Assembly (NCBI RefSeq): GCF_000981785.2
Contig: NZ_CP011304.1
Coordinates: 1,320,001-1,352,000, forward strand
Reading direction: 5' to 3'
Length of the DNA: 32,000 nt
Origin: Microcystis aeruginosa NIES-2549
GTDB lineage: Bacteria > Cyanobacteriota > Cyanobacteriia > Cyanobacteriales > Microcystaceae
Position 1 is the stretch's first letter; each line of letters opens with the position of its first letter. Shown piece after piece: positions 8,957 to 16,608 of this stretch. Below the pieces are notes generated by a model. It searched no databases. It saw only the letters and a list, made by a program, of their open reading frames with translations, and was not told the DNA's origin. The position numbers and the translations under genes were made by a program.

Positions 8957-10654
8957 CTACTTAACTTTATTATTATAATCCATCGATCGCCCACAGAGAA
9001 ACTTTTGATATTGATAACCTGTTACATAATTGGAGGATAACTCTGAGAGTTGACAGTCCGATAAATCTATTGAAGAATGGAAATTAATTAACCATAATTC
9101 AAAATGGGCAGAAGATGACAGATTAAAATTTGGCTTTTGTCCTGAGTTAACTAAGATAAACTTAGGGTTTTTATCGGGAAATCTTTGGTTAAATTCCCAA
9201 GCAATCCCCATCATTTCTCCCACCTGCACCAAACTCCTATAGCTGGTGGCAATTACTAACGGATAACGGCTATTATTTTCGATAGTGGTAACTAATTTAT
9301 CTGGCCGATAATACTTACGATAGCCTAAATTAAAAGTAACACTTAGGGAACTAAATAAAGCCATAATAATTACAATAATTACGATTTTTTGCTGCTGCCT
9401 TTGCCAACAATTATCTAATAAAATTGCTAGAATTAAAATTACCGAGGGAAAGTAAACAAAACTATATCTAGCTCCCCGGGTAATATCGACCGAAAGCAGA
9501 TAAGTGATGACAAAGAAAATAGCAATTGAACTGAGAAAAAATGCCGAGAGAATGCCTAATTCTGGTTTATAGGAGTCTAGCCACGCTGTTTTTAATTGTG
9601 GGATAATCCAGAGAAAAAAAACGATCATTATTGCCCCAGAAATCAAGATAATTATTAAAGATTCTGATTCAACGGGGAGCAGAGAAAGCATAGTAATTAA
9701 TGTTCCCAGCAATTGAAAAAAGGGGCTAATTACTGCTAAAAAACTATCATTGTCTCTCTGAATCCAACCAGTCATCTGATTGCCATAATCTTTGGGTACA
9801 AACGTGATAAACCAAATAATAATAAAGCTCAAGTTACCTAAAAAAACTAAACTTAAACGCCACCAATTAGTTATCCAAAAGTTTTTTTGTTTGATTTGAT
9901 TCGATAAAATCAATAATAAAGTTATCGCTTCCGCTAGGATAGTTAAACTAAAAAAATAGTGGACTAATAACCCGATACAGTTGACAATTAACCAGAAAAA
10001 AACCAAAGTAGGGGATATTCTCTGACGGTGGATAATTTTGCCACTTGCCCTCAGAAAACAGCCTAAAGATATGAGGACAAATACAACCGCTAAAGTATAA
10101 TGGCGCGCTTCTTGGGAAATAAAAACCCCATAGGGAGAAACCGCCATTAAAATCGCCGCAAGAAAAGCGATCGAGCCAGATTTAAAGACCAATTTGCTGA
10201 TAAAATAAATTAAAGGAATCGAAATAACTCCCCAAAATACTGCCAGCAATCGCATTCCTTCTAAAGATACATATTCTCCCCGATCAAAGAATAATTTATT
10301 CCAGAGATAGGCGAGAATAAAATATAAAGGTGGATGATTATCCTCCTGAATAACTAACTTAATTACATCGGCAATAGTTGCCTGATGGTTGCTCTGGAGA
10401 GGTGCTAATAAAGTGGTGAGGGAAATTATTTGATTTAACGGCACTATCTGGTAATTATTGCCAACACTAAAAACCATAGTGGCAAATTCATCCGTCCAGG
10501 GAGGTTTGCTAGTTAATTGTGTTAACCTAATAACCAGTCCCAAAATTATTACTAATCCTAACCAGCAAAAATCAGACCAAGATAACCGCTCCTTGCTTCT
10601 TTGTTGTAGAGCAGAAATGACTGTAGATAAATTCAATTTAATTGTTATCTCCAA
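8957..10654 (-). CDS. Glycosyltransferase family 39 (PMT_2/ArnT-like, GT-C fold) polytopic membrane protein
   Basis: 565 aa with more than 10 hydrophobic helices. It has an N-terminal loop PPWTDEFATMVF (a DE-type motif after TM1) and ARHYTL, as in ArnT/PMT-like enzymes. There is no in-frame ATG or GTG before TM1, so the start must be TTG at 10654 or TTG at 10636. Either one overlaps or abuts the upstream stop at 10638-10640. Confidence 0.8.
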   Translation of the reverse strand: MEITIKLNLSTVISALQQRSKERLSWSDFCWLGLVIILGLVIRLTQLTSKPPWTDEFATMVFSVGNNYQIVPLNQIISLTTLLAPLQSNHQATIADVIKLVIQEDNHPPLYFILAYLWNKLFFDRGEYVSLEGMRLLAVFWGVISIPLIYFISKLVFKSGSIAFLAAILMAVSPYGVFISQEARHYTLAVVFVLISLGCFLRASGKIIHRQRISPTLVFFWLIVNCIGLLVHYFFSLTILAEAITLLLILSNQIKQKNFWITNWWRLSLVFLGNLSFIIIWFITFVPKDYGNQMTGWIQRDNDSFLAVISPFFQLLGTLITMLSLLPVESESLIIILISGAIMIVFFLWIIPQLKTAWLDSYKPELGILSAFFLSSIAIFFVITYLLSVDITRGARYSFVYFPSVILILAILLDNCWQRQQQKIVIIVIIMALFSSLSVTFNLGYRKYYRPDKLVTTIENNSRYPLVIATSYRSLVQVGEMMGIAWEFNQRFPDKNPKFILVNSGQKPNFNLSSSAHFELWLINFHSSIDLSDCQLSELSSNYVTGYQYQKFLCGRSMDYNNKVK

Positions 10655-11213
10655 AAGATTCGATTATTTTAACTGCTTCCGATGGGGAAATATCTTGACG
10701 GCAATTAGGATAATCATACTCCTCCCGAGCAATTAATGCCCCACTGAGACGATAAAAATATTCTCCCATTTTCATCCAATCGGAATATAAATCGGGTTCG
10801 GGGAATTGTTGCCTTAATTCCGAGTCTTTGGGTGTACCATAATTAAGCCAGTATCCTTCTCCAAATAGTGGGGAATTGAGCGCTAGGGTTCCCTCTAATT
10901 CTAAACCATCATCGCCCCTGGCGTTTTCGATTCCTTCCACCAAAAAACAGCTATTCTCGGCATTTTCAAAGAGGACTGCGTATCCTTTCCTCTCTTCTGC
11001 GAGGATTTTAATCTCGCTGGCCCGAAATCCAGGAGGGATATAGTTAGGTAAAATAATCTTAGCATCTAGCGATCGCAGTTGTTGGCGTTGACTGGCGCTC
11101 AAAGTTACCGTTTCTGCTCTCAAATATTGCCCATTGTCAATAATAACAATAGATAATCCTAAAACTAAGGGCCAGAAAAATTTTATGGTCATAATCGCTG
11201 TTTCTAGGGTCAT
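10638..11213 (-). CDS. Hypothetical secreted protein (191 aa), first gene of the GT39 operon
   Basis: ATG start and an N-terminal signal-like helix (MTIKFFWPLVLGLSIVII). No family recognised. The stop is coupled to the GT39 start. Confidence 0.6.
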   Translation of the reverse strand: MTLETAIMTIKFFWPLVLGLSIVIIDNGQYLRAETVTLSASQRQQLRSLDAKIILPNYIPPGFRASEIKILAEERKGYAVLFENAENSCFLVEGIENARGDDGLELEGTLALNSPLFGEGYWLNYGTPKDSELRQQFPEPDLYSDWMKMGEYFYRLSGALIAREEYDYPNCRQDISPSEAVKIIESFGDNN

Positions 11214-11449
11214 ATTCTGGAGAATATGTCAGTTTTTAGGCAATTTACTGATTATTTAACCAGATTAATGACGAATATTGCCCTTTTCCTGTTCCCGATT
11301 CCCTATCTACCGATTCTAATCGACAAAAAATCATAGCTTGTCTGTGGATTCCACTTTTTTCCACTTCTGTCACCCAGAATTATGGGACTGACATCACCCC
11401 AAACCCTCTCGTATTCTAAGGTTATCGACAGGAAAGAGAGGTAACAACC

Positions 11450-11644
11450 ATGTTAGTCAGCCACCAAAATCCAACTTTTGTCCGTAACTACTTAATCGCA
11501 GTTATCTCCGTGGTGATGATGGGTGTGGGAGTTGCCGATCTCGTCAATAATCCCTCTCGAATCGCTCAACAAAACCGTCTTGATGGTTATGGTCGCTATG
11601 TTAGCGCTGGTTTGGTTAGCGGTGCGGTCAATAATATGCGTTAA
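11450..11644 (+). CDS. Hypothetical small membrane protein (64 aa)
   Basis: ATG preceded by GAGAGG 8 nt upstream. There is one clear TM helix (YLIAVISVVMMGVGVADLV). No family recognised. Confidence 0.4.
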   Translation: MLVSHQNPTFVRNYLIAVISVVMMGVGVADLVNNPSRIAQQNRLDGYGRYVSAGLVSGAVNNMR

Positions 11645-11683
11645 TTTGCCTCTGATTCTCAATCCTGTTTAAAAGGTGTGAGT

Positions 11684-11718
11684 AATTATAAATTATGAAT
11701 TATGAATTATGAACTGGG
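11684..11718. repeat. Heptamer tandem array (AATTATA/AATTATG x4, AACTGGG)
   Basis: Direct reading with strict 7-nt period. Confidence 0.9.
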
Positions 11719-11740
11719 GAGAATAAATAAAAATAATCTC

Positions 11741-11792
11741 CTGAATACTGACTCCTGACTCCTGATAACTGATAACTGATAACTGATAACTG
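11741..11792. repeat. Heptamer tandem array CTGAATA-CTGACTC x2-CTGATAA x4-CTG, ending 1 nt from the pyk-like stop codon
   Basis: Direct reading. On the pyk-like sense (minus) strand it reads (CAGTTAT)n directly after the TAA. Confidence 0.95.
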
Positions 11793-11793
11793 C

Positions 11794-13323
11794 TTAAACC
11801 CAAGAATGGAGAGCGCGTAATTGGGGCGTTTTTTTAGCTTGGTGGGTCTGCATTCTTTGTAAAACATCATCGAGAATTGTCACCGCTTCCCGGATATATT
11901 TCCCCTTATTCAGCATGACACATTCGGCCCTTTCGGCCATAGCGGCATCGGTAATCTCGGCCCGGGAAGGAATACTTTTCTGGACCAGATTTTCTAGGAC
12001 TTGGGTGGCCCAAATTACCGGAATATGGGCCGCTTCGCATAACCAGAGAATTTCCTCTTGAATTTCTGCTAATCTTTGATAGCCAATTTCTACAGCCAAA
12101 TCACCCCGGGCAATCATCACCCCAAAAGGTTGTTTACCGGCGGCATGGATGATTAATTCCGGCAGATTTTTCACGGCTAAAGGTGTTTCTATTTTGGCCA
12201 CGATTGCTTTTTGTCGCCAAGCATCCCCCAAACGACTTTGTAACTCTAGCTGTAGTGTCTCGATATCGCTGGCTTTTTGTACAAAAGAGTAACCGATAAT
12301 ATCGGCATTTTCGGCAATAAAATCTAAATCTTGCCGGTCTTTTGCGGTCAAAGGATCGATATTTAAGACAGTATCGGGGAAATTTAGGCCCTTATCTGCT
12401 TTGAGTTTTTCCCCTTTCTCCCTGGCGTGGGTAATTTTTAGTAAAAGACCTTCTGGCATTATGGCAATAACTTCAGCCCCAATATGACCATCATCAATCC
12501 AAACTTTCGCCCCGACGGGAATTTGGGGAATAATCTCCGGTTGGGAACAATTAGCCTGAAAATACTGAGGATGGGCAGTATGGGGCGCTTGGGTGGTTAA
12601 GAGGAGAAAATCCCCTTGATATAGTCTGGTTTGGGACTGGGGGGCTAAAATCTGTTCTAAACGGATTTTTGGGCCCGCTAAGTCCATATAAACTTTACAG
12701 GTATGTCCATTGACTAAATTTTCGGGATTTTTGACCGCCTCGCGCAGATTTTCGAGCATTCCCTGCCACTCTTTCGGGCTATCATGGGCGCAATTAATGC
12801 GAATACAGTCCATCCCGCAACGCAGTAATTGAGCGATAAAATCGGGGTCAGTTGCCGCCTCCGTCGGCATTGTCACCATAATTCGCACCTGACGCCGGGG
12901 GGAAGGCAGACCGAAAACTTCGGCGCTATGGGAGGCTAAAAGTTGATCTCCTTGGAAAAATGCCTCTAAAGGGGGATGTTTGGGTAATAATGAGGCTTCT
13001 TGATGACAAACCGCCCCTAAAGTGGCAATTACCGCATCGAGGGTCGGTAAAACTTTCGATTCAATCCGGCCGAGGGAAGATAATCCCCAGGGCATTAAAG
13101 CTAATTGTAAATCCCGGATATCTTCTTGTCTCAGGGCGAGATAATAGGCTAAATTACGGGTGCTAGGTTGAAAATTATCCTTTTCAATCAGGTTTTTCCA
13201 CTGCTGCAATTTCTCCTCTCCTTCTACTGTCACAAAATGCCGTAACCTTTGCAGATGATGGAGAAGAGTTTGGGGATAGGATAATTGTTCTCGTTTGAGT
13301 TGTTCTGAGAGAGTTAAAGACAT
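11794..13323 (-). CDS. pyk: Atypical pyruvate kinase-like protein (TIM-barrel A domain + B domain, about 150-aa N-terminal extension, no C-terminal regulatory domain)
   Basis: PK motifs are shifted into the protein: VRIMVTMPTEAA (compare KIVCTIGP), CIRINCAHD (compare RLNFSHG), LAGPKIRL, AKIETPLAVKNL, MIARGDLAVEIG, VIWATQVLENL...PSRAEITDAA and ECVMLNKGKY. The protein ends about 35 aa after the last motif. Confidence 0.8.
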   Translation of the reverse strand: MSLTLSEQLKREQLSYPQTLLHHLQRLRHFVTVEGEEKLQQWKNLIEKDNFQPSTRNLAYYLALRQEDIRDLQLALMPWGLSSLGRIESKVLPTLDAVIATLGAVCHQEASLLPKHPPLEAFFQGDQLLASHSAEVFGLPSPRRQVRIMVTMPTEAATDPDFIAQLLRCGMDCIRINCAHDSPKEWQGMLENLREAVKNPENLVNGHTCKVYMDLAGPKIRLEQILAPQSQTRLYQGDFLLLTTQAPHTAHPQYFQANCSQPEIIPQIPVGAKVWIDDGHIGAEVIAIMPEGLLLKITHAREKGEKLKADKGLNFPDTVLNIDPLTAKDRQDLDFIAENADIIGYSFVQKASDIETLQLELQSRLGDAWRQKAIVAKIETPLAVKNLPELIIHAAGKQPFGVMIARGDLAVEIGYQRLAEIQEEILWLCEAAHIPVIWATQVLENLVQKSIPSRAEITDAAMAERAECVMLNKGKYIREAVTILDDVLQRMQTHQAKKTPQLRALHSWV

Positions 13324-13802
13324 AAAATTAAGTAAAAAGTAAAAATCGTCAATTACTAAGGCAATACTCGTCTAGAAAATGATCACTTTCGCCGCTTATA
13401 TTGCTTGTGGGCGGTTATGGGGTCAGTTCTCAGGTATAATCTCTCTATTTCTATACTAAGCAAATATCCTGTCTCTAGAAGTTAATTTTTGCTGCGATTT
13501 ATGGGGTTTATCTTCATGGTGAGGTGGGAAGTTTTGGTTTTCGGGGTTCGCTGGTCGGTGGTCGCTACTAGAAAAGCTAGGTTTATCGGTGAAAAACTAT
13601 CGATAAGCTTCCCTGTTTTATTCCATAAAATTAAAAATAATGGCGGACATTGGTTGAATCAATTATCTTTTTTGAGCTATATTCAGGCTGTATAAAGTGA
13701 TTAGTAACTACAGTATTAAGTTTTATGAAGGGAGAGAATGCTCCAGAATCGCGACTATAATGATTAAACAGATCATTCCTGTGTCGGCGAGAGCGAGAAA
13801 AT

Positions 13803-15275
13803 ATGTCTGCCACTGAATACGAAGCAATTATCGGTTTAGAAACCCACTGTCAACTCAACACCAAAAGCAAGATATTTTGTCCCTGTCCCACCAACTTCGA
13901 TAGTCCCCCCAATACTAACGTCTGTCCCATCTGTTTGGGTTATCCGGGGGTATTACCCGTCCTTAACCAAGAAGTCCTGGCCAGTGCCGTTAAACTGGGA
14001 TTAGCTATCGATGGTAAAATTACACCTCATAGCAAATTCGATCGCAAACAGTATTTTTATCCCGACCTGCCGAAAAATTATCAAATTTCCCAGTATGATC
14101 TCCCTATTGTCGAACAGGGTCAACTAGAAATCGAGATCGTCGATAAAAAAACCAAGGAAGTTAGCCGCAAAATTATCGGTATTACCCGTCTGCACATGGA
14201 AGAAGACGCGGGAAAACTGGTTCATGCTGGCAGCGAACGTCTCTCCGGTTCCACCCATTCCCTCGTGGATTTTAATCGTACAGGTGTACCATTATTAGAA
14301 ATTGTCTCGGAACCGGATTTACGCACCGGGGCCGAAGCGGCGGAATATGCCCAAGAATTGCGGCGTTTAGTGCGTTATCTCGGCATCAGTGACGGCAATA
14401 TGCAGGAAGGTTCCCTGCGCTGCGATGTCAATATTTCTGTTCGCAAAAAAGGCGCTAAAAAGTTCGGGACTAAGGTAGAAATTAAAAATATGAACTCCTT
14501 TAGTGCTATCCAAAAAGCCATAGAATACGAGATCGATCGACAAATTGAAGCGATCGAAAATGGGGAATTGATCGTACAGGAAACCCGTCTTTGGGAAGAA
14601 GCTACTCAACGGACGATTAGTATGCGGAAAAAAGAAGGTTCTAGCGATTATCGCTATTTTCCCGAACCGGATTTACCCCCCCTAGAAGTCTCCCCCGAAC
14701 AGTTAAAAGCTTGGGCGGAAGAATTACCGGAATTACCCGCTCGTAAACGTCGTCGTTATGAAGAAGAATTTGGTCTTTCCGCCTACGATGCCAGGGTTTT
14801 AACCGATGATCGCACCGTGGCCGAATATTTTGAAACTGCTGTAATTGCGGGGGCAAATGCGAAATTAGTTGCTAACTGGATCAGTCAAGATATCGCCGCT
14901 TATTTGAATAATAATAAGCTGACGATCACAGAAATTGCCCTGCAAGCGTCAGACTTAGCCGAATTAGTTAAACTGATTGAAACGGGAACAATTAGTGGCA
15001 AAATTGCTAAGGAAATTTTACCCGAACTTCTCACTGAAGGCGGTTCACCGAAAGCGCTGGTGGAAAAGAAAGGATTAATACAAATTTCTGACACTTCTGC
15101 GATCGAAAAACTGATCGAGGACATTATCGCCGCCCATCCAAGCGAGTTAGAAAAATTCCGGGCGGGTAAAACCAATCTAAAGGGGTTTTTTGTTGGTCAA
15201 GTCATGAAAAAAAGCGGCGGTAAAGCCGATCCTAAATTAACTAGCCAAATCTTAGATCAAAAACTTTCTGGTTAG
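13803..15275 (+). CDS. gatB: Asp-tRNA(Asn)/Glu-tRNA(Gln) amidotransferase subunit B
   Basis: 490 aa. It has YEAIIGLETHCQLNTKSKIFC, QYFYPDLPKNYQISQYDLP, RLHMEEDAGK and NRTGVPLLEIVSEPD, with a C-terminal GatB/YqeY domain (KGFFVGQVMK). Confidence 0.95.
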   Translation: MSATEYEAIIGLETHCQLNTKSKIFCPCPTNFDSPPNTNVCPICLGYPGVLPVLNQEVLASAVKLGLAIDGKITPHSKFDRKQYFYPDLPKNYQISQYDLPIVEQGQLEIEIVDKKTKEVSRKIIGITRLHMEEDAGKLVHAGSERLSGSTHSLVDFNRTGVPLLEIVSEPDLRTGAEAAEYAQELRRLVRYLGISDGNMQEGSLRCDVNISVRKKGAKKFGTKVEIKNMNSFSAIQKAIEYEIDRQIEAIENGELIVQETRLWEEATQRTISMRKKEGSSDYRYFPEPDLPPLEVSPEQLKAWAEELPELPARKRRRYEEEFGLSAYDARVLTDDRTVAEYFETAVIAGANAKLVANWISQDIAAYLNNNKLTITEIALQASDLAELVKLIETGTISGKIAKEILPELLTEGGSPKALVEKKGLIQISDTSAIEKLIEDIIAAHPSELEKFRAGKTNLKGFFVGQVMKKSGGKADPKLTSQILDQKLSG

Positions 15276-15282
15276 TTATATT

Positions 15283-15349
15283 CAGTGATCAGTAATCAGT
15301 AATCAGTGGGGAGCTTTTTTTCAGTGATAAGTAAACAGTAATCAGTGAA
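15283..15349. repeat. Heptamer arrays CAGTGAT-CAGTAAT x2-CAGTG (15283-15308) and CAGTGAT-AAGTAAA-CAGTAAT-CAGTGAA (15322-15349), separated by GGGGAGC-T7
   Basis: Direct reading. The array starts 7 nt after the gatB TAG. Confidence 0.95.
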
Positions 15350-15363
15350 CTTAAAACTCAAAT

Positions 15364-15436
15364 CTGATAACTGGTAACTGATAACTGGTAACTGATAACT
15401 GGTAACTGATAACTGATAACTGATAACTGATAACTG
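15364..15436. repeat. Longest CTGATAA-class array: (CTGATAA-CTGGTAA)x3 then (CTGATAA)x4 then CTG, 10 full heptads, ending 3 nt before the parA ATG
   Basis: Direct reading, every heptad phased from 15364. The 14-bp higher-order unit occurs 3 times. Confidence 0.95.
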
Positions 15437-15439
15437 AAA

Positions 15440-16090
15440 ATGACCTCGCAATTAAAGTCTAATAGCCCAAAAATTCTCGCTGTTGTCAACGGTAAAGGTG
15501 GTGTGGGTAAAACCACAACTGCGGTCAATTTAGCGGCAATTTGGGGACAGAATCAGCGTGTTTTGCTGGTGGATGCGGATCCGCAGGGTTCCTCCACTTG
15601 GTGGGTAGAAAGAAATCAAGCGGGTATGGTATTTGATTTAGCCAAGCAAATTAATACAGAGAAATTAGGAGAATTGCGTCAAATTATCGAGTACGATCTG
15701 ATCGTGATTGACACGCCACCAGCTTTGCGTTCCGAATTACTTACCGCAGTAATAGCAGAATCAGATTATTTAATTTTACCGACTCCTCCCGCACCGATGG
15801 ATTTAATGGCTTTAATTGACACGGTACGGACGGCAGTTAAACCCCTAGGAATTGCCTATCGGGTTTTGTTAACAAAAGTGGATTCTCGTAGTCTTAAGGA
15901 AACTTTGGAAGCACAAAATACTTTATTAGAATTAGGTATTCCCGCCTGTCATGCTTTTGTCAGAAATTATAAGGCCCACGAAAAGGCCGTTTTAGACGGG
16001 GTTGCTATTACCAATTGGCGCGGTAAAAATGCCCAAGAAGCCAGCGCCGATTATCGTCGTGTGGCCGAAGAATTAGAACGGGATTGGTAG
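15440..16090 (+). CDS. Small orphan ParA/MinD-family P-loop ATPase (216 aa)
   Basis: Deviant Walker A with the signature lysine ([19 protein letters not shown]), then [11 protein letters not shown] and IVIDTPP. No parB-like or adaptor ORF is adjacent on the same strand. No SD is visible because the leader is the heptad array. Confidence 0.88.
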   Translation: MTSQLKSNSPKILAVVNGKGGVGKTTTAVNLAAIWGQNQRVLLVDADPQGSSTWWVERNQAGMVFDLAKQINTEKLGELRQIIEYDLIVIDTPPALRSELLTAVIAESDYLILPTPPAPMDLMALIDTVRTAVKPLGIAYRVLLTKVDSRSLKETLEAQNTLLELGIPACHAFVRNYKAHEKAVLDGVAITNWRGKNAQEASADYRRVAEELERDW

Positions 16091-16107
16091 ATTTATCGAC
16101 AGGTTTT

Positions 16108-16560
16108 CTAAGCACAATATTTTTGCAGTAAAGAAATCACTAAACTTAGACCATCGGGCTGAACTTGAACAGTATAGGCTTCGGCTTCAATTTGTCTGCT
16201 AAAACCCTGATAATTCATAAAAAATCTTCTGGTCATTGCTGGGGGTTCTATGGCTAAATTAAGAGCTTTAACTGTTTTGCCTCCATGACAAAGTTGAGCG
16301 GCATGGACAGCTTCATGAATTAATGTTGGTCGGGCAATACCTAAGTCAAAAACCAGAGGATGAATCCAAATAATTCTAGTTTTACTATCAAATAAACCAT
16401 AGGCTCCTCGCACTGGTGGCGGGGCAATTTTGACGATAAAATTGTGTTTTTCTAGAGCTTTTTGCAGCCGTAAAAAATCAGGATTCGCCGCCGCTAAATT
16501 TTCTCCTGTGGCTAATTGCATCCCTAGAAAAACAGCAGCGATTGTGTAATAAATGCCCAT
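16108..16560 (-). CDS. Hypothetical small exported protein with an HExxH motif (putative mini metallopeptidase)
   Basis: 150 aa with an N-terminal hydrophobic signal-like segment (MGIYYTIAAVFLGMQLATG) and LIHEAVHAAQ (HExxH). It lies 48 nt downstream of the J-domain/pentapeptide gene on the same strand. Family not recognised. Confidence 0.6.
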   Translation of the reverse strand: MGIYYTIAAVFLGMQLATGENLAAANPDFLRLQKALEKHNFIVKIAPPPVRGAYGLFDSKTRIIWIHPLVFDLGIARPTLIHEAVHAAQLCHGGKTVKALNLAIEPPAMTRRFFMNYQGFSRQIEAEAYTVQVQPDGLSLVISLLQKYCA

Positions 16561-16608
16561 CGGGTGATAGTTCCTATTAAAGAAAAATCCAAATTAGCAA
16601 GAGGTTAT

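Noticed and set aside
10458-10736. ORF 10458-10736(+)
   Set aside because: It is antisense across the GT39/191-aa junction and is a low-complexity AT-rich shadow frame.
12960-15175. ORFs 12960-13166(+), 13489-13695(+), 13631-13813(-), 14367-14609(-), 14641-14856(-) and 14900-15175(-)
   Set aside because: They are antisense to pyk-like or gatB, or lie in the spacer without RBS or recognisable features. The gatB and pyk-like frames explain the open shadow frames.
15283-15436. Heptamer arrays as a CRISPR array or as coding repeats
   Set aside because: The units are 7 nt and contiguous with no spacers. There are no cas genes. The period is not a multiple of 3, and the arrays stop exactly at CDS boundaries.
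15440-16090. ParA as McdA (carboxysome positioning) or chromosomal Soj
   Set aside because: There is no McdB-like or ParB gene downstream, and no carboxysome or oriC context. At 216 aa it is shorter than Soj. I cannot discriminate further without searches, so it is left as an orphan ParA.
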